Positions 62,726-64,000 of a stretch of DNA of 64,000 bases are shown here, in pieces (within the stretch, counting starts at the first letter, position 1; each line of letters starts with the position of its first letter). The notes below the pieces were generated by a model that made no database searches, was not told the DNA's origin, and was given only the letters and a program-made list of their open reading frames with translations. Source of the DNA: Heptranchias perlo (taxonomy: Eukaryota); contig NC_090340.1 in NCBI RefSeq assembly GCF_035084215.1, positions 13,392,001-13,456,000 on the forward strand, written 5' to 3'. Position numbers and translations under genes: made by a program.

Positions 62726-62728
62726 CAT

Positions 62729-63955
62729 TCATAGAATCATAGAATCATAGAAGTTACAACATGGAAACAGGCCCTTCGGCCCAACATGTCCATGTCGCCC
62801 AGTTTATACCACTAAGCTAGTCCCAATTGCCTGCACTTGGCCCATATCCCTCTATACCCATCTTACCCATGTAACTGTCCAAATGCTTTTTAAAAGACAA
62901 AATTGTACCCGCCTCTACTACTGCCTCTGGCAGCTCGTTCCAGACACTCACCACCCTTTGAGTGAAAAAATTGCCCCTCTGGACCCTTTTGTATCTCTCC
63001 CCTCTCACCTTAAATCTATGCCCCCTCGTTATAGACTCCCCTACCTTTGGGAAAAGATTTTGACTATCGACCTTATCTATGCCCCTCATTATTTTATAGA
63101 CTTCTATAAGATCACCCCGAAACCTCCTACTCTCCAGGGAAAAAAGTCCCAGTCTGTCTAACCTCTCCCTGTAAGTCAAACCATCAAGTCCCGGTAGCAT
63201 CCTAGTAAATCATTTCTGCACTCTTTCTAGTTTAATAATATCCTTTCAATAATAGGGTGACCAGAACTGTACACAGTACTCCAAGTGTGGCCTCATCAAT
63301 GCCCTGTACAACTTCAACAAGACATCCCAACTCCTGCATTCAATGTTCTGACCAATGAAACCAAGCATGCCGAATGCCTTCTTCACCACCCTATCCACCT
63401 GTGACTCCACTTTCAAGGAGCTATGAATCTGTACTCCTAGATCTCTTTGTTCTATAACTCTCCCCAACGCCCTACCATTAACGGAGTAGGTCCTGGCCCG
63501 ATTCAATCTACCAAAATGCATCACCTCACATTTATCTAAATTAAACTCCATCTGCCATTCATCGGCCCACTGGCCCAATTGATCAAGATCCCGTTGCAAT
63601 CCTAGATAACCTTCTTCACTGTCCACAATGCCACCAATCTTGGTGTCATCTGCAAACTTACTAACCATGCCTCCTAAATTCTCATCCAAATCATTAATAT
63701 AAATAACAAATAACAGCGGACCCAGCACCGATCCCTGAGGCACACCGCAGGACACAGGCATCCAGTTTGAAAAACAACCCTCTACAACCACCCTCTGTCT
63801 TCTGTCGTCAAGCCAATTTTGTATCCAATTGGCTACCTCACCTTGGATCCCATGAGATTTAACCTTATGTAACAACCTACCATGCGGTACCTTGTCAAAG
63901 GCTTTGCTGAAGTCCATGTAGACCACGTCTACTGCACAGCCCTCATCTATCTTCT
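62729..63955 (-). mobile_element. Young 5'-truncated CR1 LINE (RT C-terminal half)
   Basis: DFSKAFDKVPH, GVPQGSVLGP, KFADDTK, RPHLEYCVQFWSP; (TTCTATGA)n tail. Confidence 0.95.
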
Positions 63956-64000
63956 CGATTGATTTAAAAATATAGTTTGGAACTCCCTTTGCTGGGTTGA

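Overview
Repeat-rich vertebrate genomic DNA, most likely a cartilaginous fish (inferred from dense CR1 LINEs, Deu-domain tRNA-SINEs and Penelope-type termini). Two partial intron-containing genes lie on the minus strand. (1) ELMO3-like: 14 coding exons from ATG 57101 down to 13898, about 467 codons, all GT-AG and phase-consistent except an apparent +1 frameshift in the last visible exon; the C-terminal PH/Pro-rich exons were not found. (2) E2F4: exons equivalent to human 3-7 (6216 to 933), with an intact U12-type AT-AC intron; the DNA-binding-domain exons 1-2 were not found. A 200-N scaffold gap (11647-11846) separates the two gene halves, and their order is the reverse of the human E2F4-then-ELMO3 arrangement. 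The rest is CR1/L2 LINE fragments, SINEs, a Harbinger-like Myb/SANT remnant, a candidate MITE, a Penelope-like fragment with a hammerhead core, and many minisatellites. These include two quasi-palindromic 30-bp arrays bracketing one 51-nt ELMO3 exon. The long low-complexity ORFs in the ORF track are tandem-repeat artefacts. I found no convincing new biological system; the best leads are listed as findings. All coordinates were read by eye, and repeat boundaries are approximate.
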